The notes below the pieces were generated by a model. That model made no database searches. It was not told the origin of the DNA and was given only the letters and a program-made list of their open reading frames with translations. A DNA stretch of 32,000 nt from assembly GCA_045599485.1 (NCBI GenBank), contig JAZRWA010000040.1, forward strand, positions 1-32,000, written 5' to 3'. The position numbers and the translations under genes were made by a program. The DNA comes from Clostridia bacterium. GTDB lineage: Bacteria; Bacillota; Clostridia; Christensenellales; Aristaeellaceae. Shown in pieces: positions 10,301 through 19,882 of this stretch; the stretch's first letter is position 1, and the number at the start of each line of letters is the position of its first letter.

Positions 10301-11613
10301 AGCGGAAGATCAATCTGCGGCTCGGCCTGATCGCGCTGATCGCCATCCTGATCGCCACAACGGGGATCACGCTTGTATATTACAGCCTGTTTCAAGATCA
10401 GGTGCGCCGCGACCTGAAGCAAAGCGCGATGCTGCTGGCAAAAACCGCACTGCTCGAAAATGCCGCTGTTTCCGGCAGGGAATCTTTTTATCCGGACAAT
10501 CTGAGGATCACCTGGGTGGAGGGCGATGGCACAGTACTGTTTGATAACGATGCCGATGCTGCCGTGCTTGCCAATCACGCGGACCGTCCCGAAATACGGC
10601 AGGCCCTGGAGCAGGGCGAAGGCGAAAGCACCCGACGCTCTGACACCATGAACATGCGCACCTTCTATTACGCCCTGCGTCTGGAAAACGGCACGGTGCT
10701 GCGTGTTTCCACTCAGGCCGGGACGATCGAAAGTGTGCTGCTCGCCGCGCTGCCGGTCATTGCGGCCCTGATCGTGCTCGTGCTCCTTTTGTGTATTGTG
10801 ATCGGGCACCTTCTGACACGCCAGCTGATGCAGCCCATTGAGGAAATGGCCGAGCATCTGGATGATGGCGTCAGCCGCCCTGTCTGCAGGGAGCTGGCAC
10901 CCTTTGCCGAAAAAATACGCAGCCAGCATGAAAACATCCTGGCTGCCGCCAAAAGCAGGCAGGATTTTACAGCCAATGTGTCGCATGAGCTGAAGACGCC
11001 GATCACCGCCATCACCGGCTATGCCGAGCTGATCGAAAACAGCGTGATAGACGGCAAAGCAGCGGTTCACGCGGCAGGATAGATCCGTCACAATGCGGAG
11101 CGTCTGCATTCTTTGGTGACCGACATCATTCAGCTTTCCGAGTTGGATCACAAAGAGCTGCCGAGACGATTTGAACAGGTCGACCTGCTTTCTGTCGCGA
11201 AGGAATGCGCCGGCGAATATCTGCCCATGGCGGCGCACAGAAATATCCATCTGACCTGCAGCGGAACCCCGGCCGGCATCACCGCCGACCGCGGATTGAT
11301 CCATGAAATGATCGGCAACCTGCTGCAGAACGCCATCCGCTACAACAAGGAAAACGGAAAAGTGGAGGTTCATGTCACGATTGAAGACCGGCACCCCCTG
11401 ATCACCGTGGCGGACACCGGCATCGGCATTCCCGCCGATCAGCTGGACAGAGTCTTTGAGCGGTTTTACCGGGTAGACAAAAGCCGCTCCCGTCAGACCG
11501 GCGGCACCGGTCTGGGGCTTGCCATTGTGAAGCACATCGCAGAGCTTCATTCCGCAGAGATCACGATACAAAGCACCATTGGTGAGGGAACGGTCATCAC
11601 CGTTCATTTTTAA
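10297..11613 (+). pseudogene. PhoR-like sensor histidine kinase. A single in-frame TAG at 11080-11082 interrupts it, so it is either a pseudogene or recoded/read through.
   Basis: ORFs 10297-11082 and 11113-11613 share a frame (offset 816 = 3 x 272), with no stop between them. There are two TM segments flanking an extracellular domain. H-box is SHELKTPITAITGYAEL. The TAG falls in HisKA helix 2 (...HAAG*IRHNAERLHSLVTDIIQLSELD). N box LLQNAIRYN, G1 DTGIGI and G2 GGTGLGLAIV are intact downstream. Confidence 0.85.
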
Positions 11614-11649
11614 GGAATGGGTTTGAATCGCACGACCGTCCATCATAAA

Positions 11650-11693
11650 GGAGCTGTGAACGCGTTTCCGCCTTCACAGCTCCCTTTTTTGTT
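11650..11693. terminator. Terminator between the convergent kinase and dehydratase genes
   Basis: ggagctgtgaa / ttcacagctcc (11 bp) followed by cttttttgttt on the plus strand. An A-run on the other side allows bidirectional use. Confidence 0.8.
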
Positions 11694-11698
11694 TATTA

Positions 11699-13408
11699 TC
11701 AGGTATCCAGCTTGCTGCTGTCCACAATGGCGCCGGTATCGGCACCGGTCACGAGGGTGGCGTACTTGGCCAGCGCGGTCAGGCGCGGCTTATGCAGCGG
11801 CTTCCAGCCCTCGCGGCGGCGGGCAAACTCCTCCTCGGAGACATCCACCGTCAGCGTACGGCCGGGAATATCGATGTGAATGATGTCGCCATCCTGCACG
11901 AAGGCGATGGGGCCGCCCTGCGCGGCTTCGGGGCAGATGTGGCCGATGCAGGGGCCGTGGGTAGCACCGGAGAAGCGGCCGTCGGTGACGAGGGCCACGT
12001 CGTTATCCATGCCGCGGCCCATGATGAGCGCGGTGGTGGACAGCATCTCGCGCATGCCGGGGCCGCCCTTGGGGCCCTCATAGCGGATGACGATGACGGT
12101 GCCCTTTTCGATGGTGTCACCGCTGACGGCGGCATCCGCCTCCTCCATGGAGTTGAACACACGGGCTTTGCCAGTAAAGGTCATCATGCTCTCCCGCACG
12201 CCGGACTGCTTGACCACCGCGCCCTTGGGAGCCAGATTGCCCCACAGCACAGCGATGCCGCCTTCCGCCTTCTGCGGATTCTCCATGGTTTTGAGCACGT
12301 CATCGGGGGCGGCGGTGTATTCACTCACCATCTCACGCATGGTTTTGCCGGTGCAGGTCATGACATCCATTTCCAGACGGGACTCAATGGTCTTGAGCAC
12401 GGAGGGAATGCCGCCGCTGGCATCGAGCGAGGAGATGGGATATTTGCCGGAGGGCTGCAGGTTGCACACAAAGGGCACCTTGCGGCTGATGCGGTCGAAG
12501 TCGTCCAGCTGCAGATCGACACCCGCCTCGTGCGCGATGGCCATCAGGTGCAGCACCAGGTTGGTGGAGGAGCCGGTCGCCATGGCTCCGGTCACGCCGT
12601 TGAGCAGCGTTTCACGGGTCAGGATATCGCGGGGCTTGATGCCCTTGCGCAGCAGCTCCATGACGGCACGGCCGCTGGCCTTGGCGATGCGCTTGCGCTT
12701 GTTGGAGGCGGCGGGGGCGGTACCGGAGCCCGGCAGACCCATGCCCAGCACCTCAGTCAGCATGCACATGCTGTTGGCGGTGCCCAGGTGCGCGCAGCTG
12801 CCCACGGTAGGCAGGGTGATCTTTTCGGCTTCCTTCATGTATTCGGGGGTGATGACACCGGCCTCGACACGGCCGGGGAATTCACGCAGCTCGGAAGAGC
12901 AGAACAGCGGGTTGCCGCCCACGTTGCCGGGCAGCATCGGGCCGCCGGGAACGATGATGGTGGGAATGTTGAGGCGGGCTGCTGCCATGATCATACCGGG
13001 GATGATCTTGTCACAGCCGCCCAGCAGCACCATGGCGTCAAAGTGATGAGCCTCGACCACCATTTCAATGCTGTCGCAGATGAGATCACGGCTGGCCAGC
13101 GGGTAACGCATGCCCTTGTGACCCTGGCACAGGCCGTCACAGATGGCGATGGTCTCGCTGCGTCTGGGCACGCCGCCGGCCTCGTAAATGCCGCGGCAGA
13201 CGCACTCAGCCAGTTCCTCCAGATGGGTATGGCCGGGCACCATCTCACTGAAGGAACCAATGACAGCCACGAAGGGCTTTTTCATGTCCTCTTCATCCAT
13301 GCCGGTGGCATACAGCAGGGCGCGCTGGCCGCTGCGGGCGATGCCGTTGGTCAGTTCGGAAGACCGCAGCGCGGGATCCTTGAAAATAAATTCGTCCTCG
13401 AAGTGCAT
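11699..13408 (-). CDS. ilvD: Dihydroxy-acid dehydratase (IlvD/Edd family). A role as a sugar-acid dehydratase is not excluded.
   Basis: 569 aa. Family motifs are [53 protein letters not shown] and [31 protein letters not shown] is aaaggagg. Confidence 0.85.
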   Translation of the reverse strand: MHFEDEFIFKDPALRSSELTNGIARSGQRALLYATGMDEEDMKKPFVAVIGSFSEMVPGHTHLEELAECVCRGIYEAGGVPRRSETIAICDGLCQGHKGMRYPLASRDLICDSIEMVVEAHHFDAMVLLGGCDKIIPGMIMAAARLNIPTIIVPGGPMLPGNVGGNPLFCSSELREFPGRVEAGVITPEYMKEAEKITLPTVGSCAHLGTANSMCMLTEVLGMGLPGSGTAPAASNKRKRIAKASGRAVMELLRKGIKPRDILTRETLLNGVTGAMATGSSTNLVLHLMAIAHEAGVDLQLDDFDRISRKVPFVCNLQPSGKYPISSLDASGGIPSVLKTIESRLEMDVMTCTGKTMREMVSEYTAAPDDVLKTMENPQKAEGGIAVLWGNLAPKGAVVKQSGVRESMMTFTGKARVFNSMEEADAAVSGDTIEKGTVIVIRYEGPKGGPGMREMLSTTALIMGRGMDNDVALVTDGRFSGATHGPCIGHICPEAAQGGPIAFVQDGDIIHIDIPGRTLTVDVSEEEFARRREGWKPLHKPRLTALAKYATLVTGADTGAIVDSSKLDT

Positions 13409-13559
13409 GGGGGCATCCTCCTTTGAATAATGGATTCATTGTTCATCGGCTGCGCTCCCACATCCCTCGGGGACGTGTTTGCCACACCGGTTCATCTGTT
13501 GGAAAAACCGGTTCTTATATTCCGTTATGGGTTGGGGAATCGCTTTTCCCAACAGGATT

Positions 13560-13588
13560 ATATTACCATATCACCCGGCTGATTGCAA
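13560..13588 (-). promoter_or_regulatory. Candidate promoter of the dehydratase gene
   Basis: Minus strand reads TTGCAA-17 nt-TAATAT (ttgcaatcagccgggtgatatggtaatat). It leaves a 5' UTR of about 150 nt. Confidence 0.45.
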
Positions 13589-13624
13589 TAGGCTTTAAAA
13601 ATTTGTTTTTAATCAGAAGGACAG

Positions 13625-13664
13625 AACGGAAAACGGCGGGAAGCACGTTTTTGTGCCTCCCGCC
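13625..13664 (-). terminator. Intrinsic terminator of the rubrerythrin gene
   Basis: Minus strand has ggcgggaggcac / gtgcttcccgcc (12 bp, one G-U) followed by gttttccgtt. Confidence 0.7.
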
Positions 13665-13688
13665 GCTATGATCGGCGTTGGGTCAAAA

Positions 13689-14348
13689 TCAATAATTTTC
13701 GGCGTTGATCTCAAAATAGCTCTGGGGATGGGCGCAGACGGGGCAAACCTCGGGAGCCTTGGTGCCCACCATGATGTGACCGCAATTGCGGCATTCCCAC
13801 ACCTTGACCTCGCTCTTTTCAAACACCTGCTGCATTTCCACATTTTTGAGCAGGGCACGATAGCGCTCCTCGTGGTGCTTTTCGATGGCGGCGACCATGC
13901 GGAACTTGGCAGCCAGATCGGCAAAGCCTTCGGCTTCGGCGGTTTTGGCAAAACCCTCGTTCATATCGGTCCACTCGTAGTTTTCACCGTCGGCAGCGGC
14001 CGCCAGATTGGCAGCGGTATCGCCGATGCCGTTCAATTCCTTGAACCACATTTTGGCATGTTCCTTCTCGTTATCGGCGGTCTTGAGGAACATGGCAGCG
14101 ATCTGTTCAAAGCCTTCCTTCTTGGCCTTGGAGGCAAAATACGTATACTTGTTGCGGGCCTGGGATTCGCCGGCAAAGGCGGCTTCCAGGTTCTTTTCGG
14201 TCTGGGTTCCGGCATAGGGGTTGGCCTTGGGGGCTTCCTCTGCCTTCTTGAATTTGGAGGCAGGTACCTTGCACTTGGGGCACTTGAAATCGGGCGTCAG
14301 AGGGCCCTCATGCACATAACCGCAAACGGTACAGATCCACTTTTCCAT
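13689..14348 (-). CDS. Rubrerythrin-family protein with rubredoxin-like Cys4 motifs at both the N- and C-termini
   Basis: Start is the ATG at 14348 ([11 protein letters not shown]...) with AGGAGG upstream. N-terminal Cys motifs CTVC...CPKC. Ferritin-like di-iron helices include [23 protein letters not shown] and EKHHEERY. C-terminal Cys motifs CRNC...CPVC. Confidence 0.9.
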   Translation of the reverse strand: MEKWICTVCGYVHEGPLTPDFKCPKCKVPASKFKKAEEAPKANPYAGTQTEKNLEAAFAGESQARNKYTYFASKAKKEGFEQIAAMFLKTADNEKEHAKMWFKELNGIGDTAANLAAAADGENYEWTDMNEGFAKTAEAEGFADLAAKFRMVAAIEKHHEERYRALLKNVEMQQVFEKSEVKVWECRNCGHIMVGTKAPEVCPVCAHPQSYFEINAENY

Positions 14349-14385
14349 GATTCGATCCTCCTTAAACAATATTTTTTGTACTGTT

Positions 14386-14414
14386 ATTATATCAGCATTG
14401 AAATCCGCTGTCAA
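14386..14414 (-). promoter_or_regulatory. Consensus promoter of the rubrerythrin gene
   Basis: Minus strand reads TTGACA-17 nt-TATAAT exactly (ttgacagcggatttcaatgctgatataat). The imperfect inverted repeat aacagta-N7-tattgtt in the short UTR could be an operator. Confidence 0.7.
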
Positions 14415-14458
14415 ACAAGCAAAAGCCGCCTGACAGACATTGCAGTCTGTCAGGCGGC
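14413..14458 (-). terminator. Intrinsic terminator of the M28 peptidase gene
   Basis: Minus strand has gccgcctgacagac / gtctgtcaggcggc (14 bp perfect) followed by ttttgcttgttt. Confidence 0.85.
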
Positions 14459-14482
14459 GTACTTTGATCGTCGGAAGACCGA

Positions 14483-16618
14483 TTACTTGAGCAGCTCGGT
14501 CAGGCTGTTCATGGCAGCGATCTCAGCATTGAGCTCGGTGCCCAGCAGCTCCAGCTGCGCGGCACGCTCGGCGGTATACACCGTCAGCTCATCGGCAAAG
14601 TCCGCAGTCTCCTCTTCCGCCTTCATCAGCAGGGAAGCGGTGGCCGGCCAGGTGTTGGTGTACACAAAGCCCTTGCCCTTGCCCCACAGCTGGGCGTTGC
14701 CGCGGGCGGCATCGGCATGCAGCGCCAGGCAATCGGCAGATTCGGGCGTGAAGATGTAGTAGGCATACTCCGCCAGCGCGTTGAGGCCCCAGGCCAGGTC
14801 GAGGGCACCGGTCTCCTCCTCGTTGAACAGCTCGCCGTTTTCCAGCGCGGCGATGATGCCGTCCAGCAGGTACAGGTTATCCTGATAGCCCACATGGCGT
14901 TCCACCACGTCGCTGGAGAACTCGATGCGGATGAACTCATCCTGCACCATCTTGAAGGCGGCCAGGGTGGTCTTGTTCAGCAGCACGCCTTCGGCACGCA
15001 GAGCGTCCTTTTCCTCCTGGGTGTCAGCGGCGGCATAACGGGCGTTGAGGTCATCGATGCGGGCGTTGTGCTGCTCGCAGGCGGCGGCCATGGCAGCATA
15101 CGCTTCCTTCCAGGCTTCCACATGCACACCGGCTTCGGCGGCGTATTGCTCGTCAAAGGCGTCGATGAGGTCAGAGCAGGAATTGGTCAGGTCCAGGCGC
15201 AGGGCGGGCTCGGCATCGATGGAGAGCAGGATGCTGCCAAACACGGCGATGTTGTTGCGCATGGTGTTCTCGTCGTAGGTGGTCAGGTCATCGCTCTGGG
15301 TGTGATAGTGCAGCTGGCTCCAGCCGTAGGTATCGACAGGACGCAGCTCACCGGCACAGGTGTCGGTCACGTTGATGAAGTAAGGCACACCGGCATTGCG
15401 GTAGGAAATGCCGTCTTCCATGGTGGTGGTGTCAAAGGTCACGGGGTTCACGCCCTCGCGGCCCACCACGTTCAGCGCGTTGTTTTCCACCAGATCGGCC
15501 ACCAGGGTGCGGTACTCGGGCACGCAGCTGACAGCGAACACGTTGTTGCCGTCATCAAAGGCGCACAGCTCAAAGTTGAACAACGCCAAGGTCTTTTCCG
15601 CCCATTCGGGATGCACGTTGTTGATCAGCTCCCACGCGCCGCGGGTCCAGTCAAACTCGGTACCGCTGATGCCCCACTCTTCGGCACCGTGGGCAATGAT
15701 CAGCACATCGTTTTCGGGCTGCACGCCGCTGTCGAGGATGCCCTTGCCGATGGCCATGGCGCAGGCAATGGCGGAGCAATCATCCTGGAAGCCCTCGAAG
15801 TACATATCATAGTGGCCGGACACGATCATCTGCTGCTCGGAGGAGCGGCCGGGAATGCGGCCCACCACGTCATAGCTGACGCCGGTGCCGATCTCCATCA
15901 CGCTGTCCACGATGAGGGTGCACTGATTGTGGCCCTCGGCGATGGCGTTGATCATGGCATCGCCCATGGCCTTGGTGACGATCACGGTGGGCATCAGGTC
16001 CTCACAGCACACGTCCTGAATCTGATAAACATCATCGCTCCAGCGGCCATAGCCGTCGATGTCATAGCTGACCACGGCGGCAGCGCCCTGCACATAGGCT
16101 TCGGCGATGTACTGGCCGATCCAGGCTTCGTTCCACTGGTCCACGCCGATCAGCACGATCTTGCCCTGCACGTCCTTGCCCTCGTAATCATAGGCAAAGC
16201 CGGTGCCGCAATCCACGATCTCGGCGGTGATGCCCTCGGCAGAGGTGCCGTTGAGCATGTAGGAGACGGGCATCACGTTGATGTCGGTGCCCTCGATGGT
16301 CAGGGAAGCGCCGTTGAACTGCCACTTATCGACAGTGACGGGGATCAGTTCAACATCCTGCAGACCGATGGCACGCATTTCTTCGGCAATGAATTCGGCG
16401 GCACGATGCTCAGCATCGGAGCCGGCGGTACGGAAGCCCATGCTGTTATCATGCATGGATTTGTCGGTGGAAAGCTTCACCGCCAGCTCATAGGCATAGT
16501 TGACATCCATGGCGTTCAGATACGCCGCCACGGCGTCGGTGGTCTCTTCCGCGCTGACAAAGGAGGCAGCGCTGAGAATCATCATAAGCGCCAGAAACAG
16601 GGAAACGATCTTCTTCAT
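14483..16618 (-). CDS. Secreted M28-family metallopeptidase (aminopeptidase-like) with an inserted PA-type domain and a long C-terminal extension
   Basis: 711 aa. Signal peptide is [26 protein letters not shown]28 metal-ligand pattern is SGHYDMY...QDDCSAIA...[15 protein letters not shown] is aggagg. Confidence 0.8.
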   Translation of the reverse strand: MKKIVSLFLALMMILSAASFVSAEETTDAVAAYLNAMDVNYAYELAVKLSTDKSMHDNSMGFRTAGSDAEHRAAEFIAEEMRAIGLQDVELIPVTVDKWQFNGASLTIEGTDINVMPVSYMLNGTSAEGITAEIVDCGTGFAYDYEGKDVQGKIVLIGVDQWNEAWIGQYIAEAYVQGAAAVVSYDIDGYGRWSDDVYQIQDVCCEDLMPTVIVTKAMGDAMINAIAEGHNQCTLIVDSVMEIGTGVSYDVVGRIPGRSSEQQMIVSGHYDMYFEGFQDDCSAIACAMAIGKGILDSGVQPENDVLIIAHGAEEWGISGTEFDWTRGAWELINNVHPEWAEKTLALFNFELCAFDDGNNVFAVSCVPEYRTLVADLVENNALNVVGREGVNPVTFDTTTMEDGISYRNAGVPYFINVTDTCAGELRPVDTYGWSQLHYHTQSDDLTTYDENTMRNNIAVFGSILLSIDAEPALRLDLTNSCSDLIDAFDEQYAAEAGVHVEAWKEAYAAMAAACEQHNARIDDLNARYAAADTQEEKDALRAEGVLLNKTTLAAFKMVQDEFIRIEFSSDVVERHVGYQDNLYLLDGIIAALENGELFNEEETGALDLAWGLNALAEYAYYIFTPESADCLALHADAARGNAQLWGKGKGFVYTNTWPATASLLMKAEEETADFADELTVYTAERAAQLELLGTELNAEIAAMNSLTELLK

Positions 16619-16976
16619 GAGATATTTCCTCCTATTTGAGATTGCCGCAGGCTGGATGGGTAAAGAAAAGAGGTGATGTGCCTAAACACACATCACCCCG
16701 AAAGCATATGGTGATCGGGATAAGGATAGGTTGTCAGAGTCTATACAGTAATCGACTTACTTTTACTACTCTTATTGACCATTTCACTTCGGATGTGTGA
16801 AACCTGGCTTTTAACCAAATCAATGAGATAGCAGCAGAAGCTGCGTGCGAGTTTATACCCCGCATCGGCATTGGACCCGGCTGTCCGTCCGGCCTTATGT
16901 CCCTTCCCTTCGGAAGAAACAGGTCCTGTCTCTTACCCGGAATGACCCTTCTCATTCCTTATCTGCGACGCGACAA
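16619..16976 (-). promoter_or_regulatory. Long structured 5' leader (about 350 nt) of the M28 peptidase gene, with mutually exclusive terminator and antiterminator hairpins. The riboswitch or attenuator class is unassigned.
   Basis: Minus strand has terminator aggtgatgtgtg-tttagg-cacatcacct plus cttttcttt (plus coordinates 16661-16697). The segment ggggtgatg can alternatively pair with the upstream gatcacc (16692-16716). Further upstream hairpins include ggaatga-gaaggg-tcattcc and cttcc-gaag-ggaag. Confidence 0.5.
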
Positions 16977-17005
16977 AGTATATACGATATGCCGCTTTCT
17001 GTCAA
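16977..17005 (-). promoter_or_regulatory. Promoter driving the M28 leader
   Basis: Minus strand reads TTGACA-17 nt-TATACT (ttgacagaaagcggcatatcgtatatact). Confidence 0.6.
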
Positions 17006-17037
17006 CATAAAAACGAACAAAAATGCAAAAAATCTCT

Positions 17038-18690
17038 TTATTCCAGCGCGATATCAAAGGTCAGCGCGGCAAGATCCGCCGTCAGCACGGCGCTGTGTCC
17101 GCCGCATCTGCGGCACAGACGCAGGGTGTGACGATCGGCCAGCTCCGCACGGATGGAGGCATCCTCCCCAAAGGCCGGATGGGCCGCACGCAGGCGAAGC
17201 AGGTCCAGCTGCTTTTTCACGACCGTACGGTTCAGGCGCTTTGCCGCTTCGGCCTCATCGAGGGCACGGCGGTTGATCTCGCGGGCATCCGCCCCCGGAT
17301 CGCGTTCAAAGACCGTCAGGTCATTGGTCTCCGCCAGCAGATCGCCGTACCACACCTGCGGCACGCCGGGCATGAACAGCTGTACGGCACGGCACAGAAG
17401 CAGCGCCGCCTCGCTTTCCCCCAGCGCGCTGAAATAGGTGCCGCACATCTGATAGACCTCGTCCTTTTCACCGTGGATCCATTTGGCACGGCAGCCCTGC
17501 TCCTCCAGGGCGGACACGAGCGCATCGATGCGTTCATCGGGCAGAAGCCCCCGCAGATCGCGGATGGGAATGCCGTCATGGCAGCCCAGCATGTTGACGG
17601 TGCGATATCCGTTTTCGATCTGTTCGGTCGCCCAGCGGCAGAGGTAGGCGGCATCCTGATGCTGCAGCGCGTCCAGCAAAAGCCCGGGCAGGAAATAATC
17701 ATAGGTGCGGCATCCGCGCGCCGCGATGCGGGCATAAGCGCCCGTACGGTAGGGCATGTGTACCTCGGGCAGTACTGCCAGATCATGGGAGGCGGCCATT
17801 TCCTTCAGCTTTTCCAGCAGATCCCACGTTTCGGGCTCGTTGAGCACGTTGCTGCGGCCGCTTTCCTTGTGCAGGCGGGTGAAGGCATCCAGACGCACCA
17901 TGCCGGCACCGTATTTTTTGAGGCGGCCCATCGTTTCGTCATACCACTGCCACACGAGGGGACTGCGGGCGTTCAGGTCCATCTGTCCCATGTACTTGCG
18001 GTGGCTTTGCAGCCACGCGATGGACTTTTCGCGATAGTCCTCCAGCCCCGTGAAATCCATTTTTGCGGGCACGGTGCCGTTTTGCACCTGCTCCGCGACC
18101 GTTTCCGCAAGGCGGCAGGCGGCGGCATACTGACCTCCGGTGATGTCCAGCAGGTCCAGTGCGTCGGGGCTGGGATAGATGACCTGCTGATAAAAGGTGT
18201 TCCAGAAAGGCACCTCACTGCCGTCGGGCAGGCGGACCATCAGGATGGGCAGGCCCTTTTTGCGCAGATTGGCTGTCAGAAAGCAATCGGGGCGCGGAAG
18301 GATATACCCTTCCTCCGTCATGTCGCCCAAGCCCTGCCAGAAGCGGTTCCAGTCGATGAAAAAATCACGGAATGGAGAGCTGTCGCCGTTTTTGAGGATG
18401 TCCATGAACTGCGGGGACAGCACGGACAGGTGATTGAGGATCAGGTCGAAGGTGAGATCGATCCCCAAAGAACGCAGCGTTTCCAAGTCCTTTTCCTGCG
18501 CCAGCTGATTGCACAGCTCATAGGAGATGACCGAGAAGCCGCCGTCCAGATCGGTATTGAACACCGTCGGCAGGATGTAAAAGGAGCCGAAGGCCTCCTT
18601 CAGTTCCGGCAGGGACAAAAAACGGGTCATGGCCGCAAGATCCTTGCCGATGGAATTGGGGTACGCGTTGAACATGGCTCCCTGTTTCAT
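17038..18690 (-). CDS. Sucrose-phosphorylase-like GH13 (subfamily 18 type) glycoside phosphorylase
   Basis: 550 aa. GH13 catalytic signatures are VRLDAF (nucleophile), LPEVH (acid/base) and GCHDGIP, plus FMPGVPQVWYGDL, which is typical of sucrose phosphorylase relatives. RBS is gaaaggaaaa. The start lies 21 nt after the GH32 stop. Confidence 0.8.
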   Translation of the reverse strand: MKQGAMFNAYPNSIGKDLAAMTRFLSLPELKEAFGSFYILPTVFNTDLDGGFSVISYELCNQLAQEKDLETLRSLGIDLTFDLILNHLSVLSPQFMDILKNGDSSPFRDFFIDWNRFWQGLGDMTEEGYILPRPDCFLTANLRKKGLPILMVRLPDGSEVPFWNTFYQQVIYPSPDALDLLDITGGQYAAACRLAETVAEQVQNGTVPAKMDFTGLEDYREKSIAWLQSHRKYMGQMDLNARSPLVWQWYDETMGRLKKYGAGMVRLDAFTRLHKESGRSNVLNEPETWDLLEKLKEMAASHDLAVLPEVHMPYRTGAYARIAARGCRTYDYFLPGLLLDALQHQDAAYLCRWATEQIENGYRTVNMLGCHDGIPIRDLRGLLPDERIDALVSALEEQGCRAKWIHGEKDEVYQMCGTYFSALGESEAALLLCRAVQLFMPGVPQVWYGDLLAETNDLTVFERDPGADAREINRRALDEAEAAKRLNRTVVKKQLDLLRLRAAHPAFGEDASIRAELADRHTLRLCRRCGGHSAVLTADLAALTFDIALE

Positions 18691-18711
18691 GCTGCTGTTT
18701 TCCTTTCTGCG

Positions 18712-19701
18712 TCACAATGTCAGGCGGATATGCACTTCCGCCCCGCGGTCCACAAAGCGTTCTGTTACATAGGCATCCGTCAACGTATCGTTTTCATCGA
18801 GAAGGTGCTGTACCTCTTCCACGGGGTACGCACGGATGCGGTCCTTTTCGATCGTCAGCTCCAGCGGCAGCGACAGGCAGCCGACACATTTTTCGGGCTG
18901 ATAATGCCAGCCGCTGACCCACGAAATGAGAATGAGCCTGCCTTTATGATCGCGGAAGATCTGCCCGGCGTACTCATCCGGCCCTTTCTGAAAATGGGAG
19001 GTCAGGCGGGGCGCAAAGCGGTGCCCGTCAAAATCGCCCATCATGACATCAAAATACAGCGGCGCATCCTTGGGGCGGACGGATACCGCGATCAGACAGC
19101 CGTCGCTTGTGGGCACAATGGAGGGGCACTCGCAGCTGTCGGTGCCGGGATAATCCCGCAATACGCCCCGGTAGTGCCAGGACAAAAGGTCGTCACTTTG
19201 ATATAGCAGCAGGTTGCCGCCGCTGCCGTCGGGGTACGCCGAACCGATCAGCATATAGTAAGAGCCCCGATATTCGCACACCGCGGGGTCGCGGAAATCG
19301 GCACTGCCCTATGCGGGATACGCACTGATGATGGGATTGCCCGGATATTTTTCAAAGGTCTCGCCGTCACGGGAGACAGCCAAACTGATGGTCTGCCGTC
19401 CGTTTGCGTCCGCCGAGGAGTAAAAGGCATACAGCACGCCGTCCTTTTCGATGGCGGTGCCGCTCCACACGCCGCGGATATCATAATCACGGTCGTTGAC
19501 GATGGCGGGTGCTTTTTCCTCCCAGTGAAGAAAATCCCGTGTGACAGCGTGCCCCCACACCAGGGCGGGCGGGCGTTCGTTGGTCGGGGTATGCTGATAA
19601 AACACATGGTATTGCCCGCGGAAATCGATCAGGCCGTTGGGATCGTTGATCCAGCCGCGGGCGGGATGATAATGCCATTTCAGTTCGGCGTTGGAACGCA
19701 T
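18712..19701 (-). pseudogene. GH32 beta-fructofuranosidase / sucrose-6-phosphate hydrolase-like gene. A single in-frame TAG (19309-19311) interrupts it, and its C-terminal region is unusually short.
   Basis: ORFs 19309-19800 and 18712-19281 share a frame (519 = 3 x 173). Reading through gives ...NPIISAYPA*GSADFRDPAVCEY.... Catalytic motifs WINDPNG, FRDP and ECP are all intact. The likely start is the ATG at 19701 (MRSNAELKW). The total of about 329 codons compares with roughly 430-490 typical for the family. Confidence 0.8.
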
Positions 19702-19746
19702 GCTTTTCTCCGTTATGCTCAAAACAGGAGCTTTTTTATCACTTTC

Positions 19747-19775
19747 ATTATATGCGGTCTGTCTTTTGCGCGCAA
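19747..19775 (-). promoter_or_regulatory. Candidate promoter of the GH32-GH13 operon
   Basis: Minus strand reads TTGCGC-17 nt-TATAAT (ttgcgcgcaaaagacagaccgcatataat). The -35 sits inside the 10 bp perfect palindrome ttgcgcgcaa. Confidence 0.5.
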
Positions 19776-19882
19776 GGGCAAAATCAGCGACAAATATCAA
19801 CGAAAGTTAACGCTGCCGCGGCAAATTTGTGGTATAATGCTTCTTGCCCCGAAAGGGCTTGATATAGATTGGAGGTTTTATC

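Noticed and set aside
13409-13559. A T-box or attenuator in the ~150 nt 5' UTR of the dehydratase gene.
   Set aside because: Only small hairpins are present (gttggg..cccaac and accggt..accggt), with no terminator U-run or T-box consensus. The evidence is insufficient.
16734-16955. A 73-aa minus-strand ORF inside the M28 leader.
   Set aside because: It has no RBS and a basic, Pro/Arg-rich composition. It overlaps predicted RNA hairpins, so a leader RNA is the more economical explanation.
16619-16976. Assigning the M28 leader to T-box, cobalamin, SRP RNA or RNase P because of fragments such as GAAGGGAAGGGA, AAGCCAGG or CCGGGTAAGAG.
   Set aside because: The matches are only short and partial. 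The diagnostic cores (T-box sequence, B12 box plus GCCACTG, GGUCCGGAAGGAAGCAGC, GAGGAAAGUCCGGGC) are absent.
8997-19311. Calling the in-frame TAGs pyrrolysine codons outright.
   Set aside because: The window has no pylT/pylS/pylBCD or methylamine methyltransferase genes. The three host genes are unrelated to known Pyl proteins. This is kept only as one hypothesis under the amber-codon finding.
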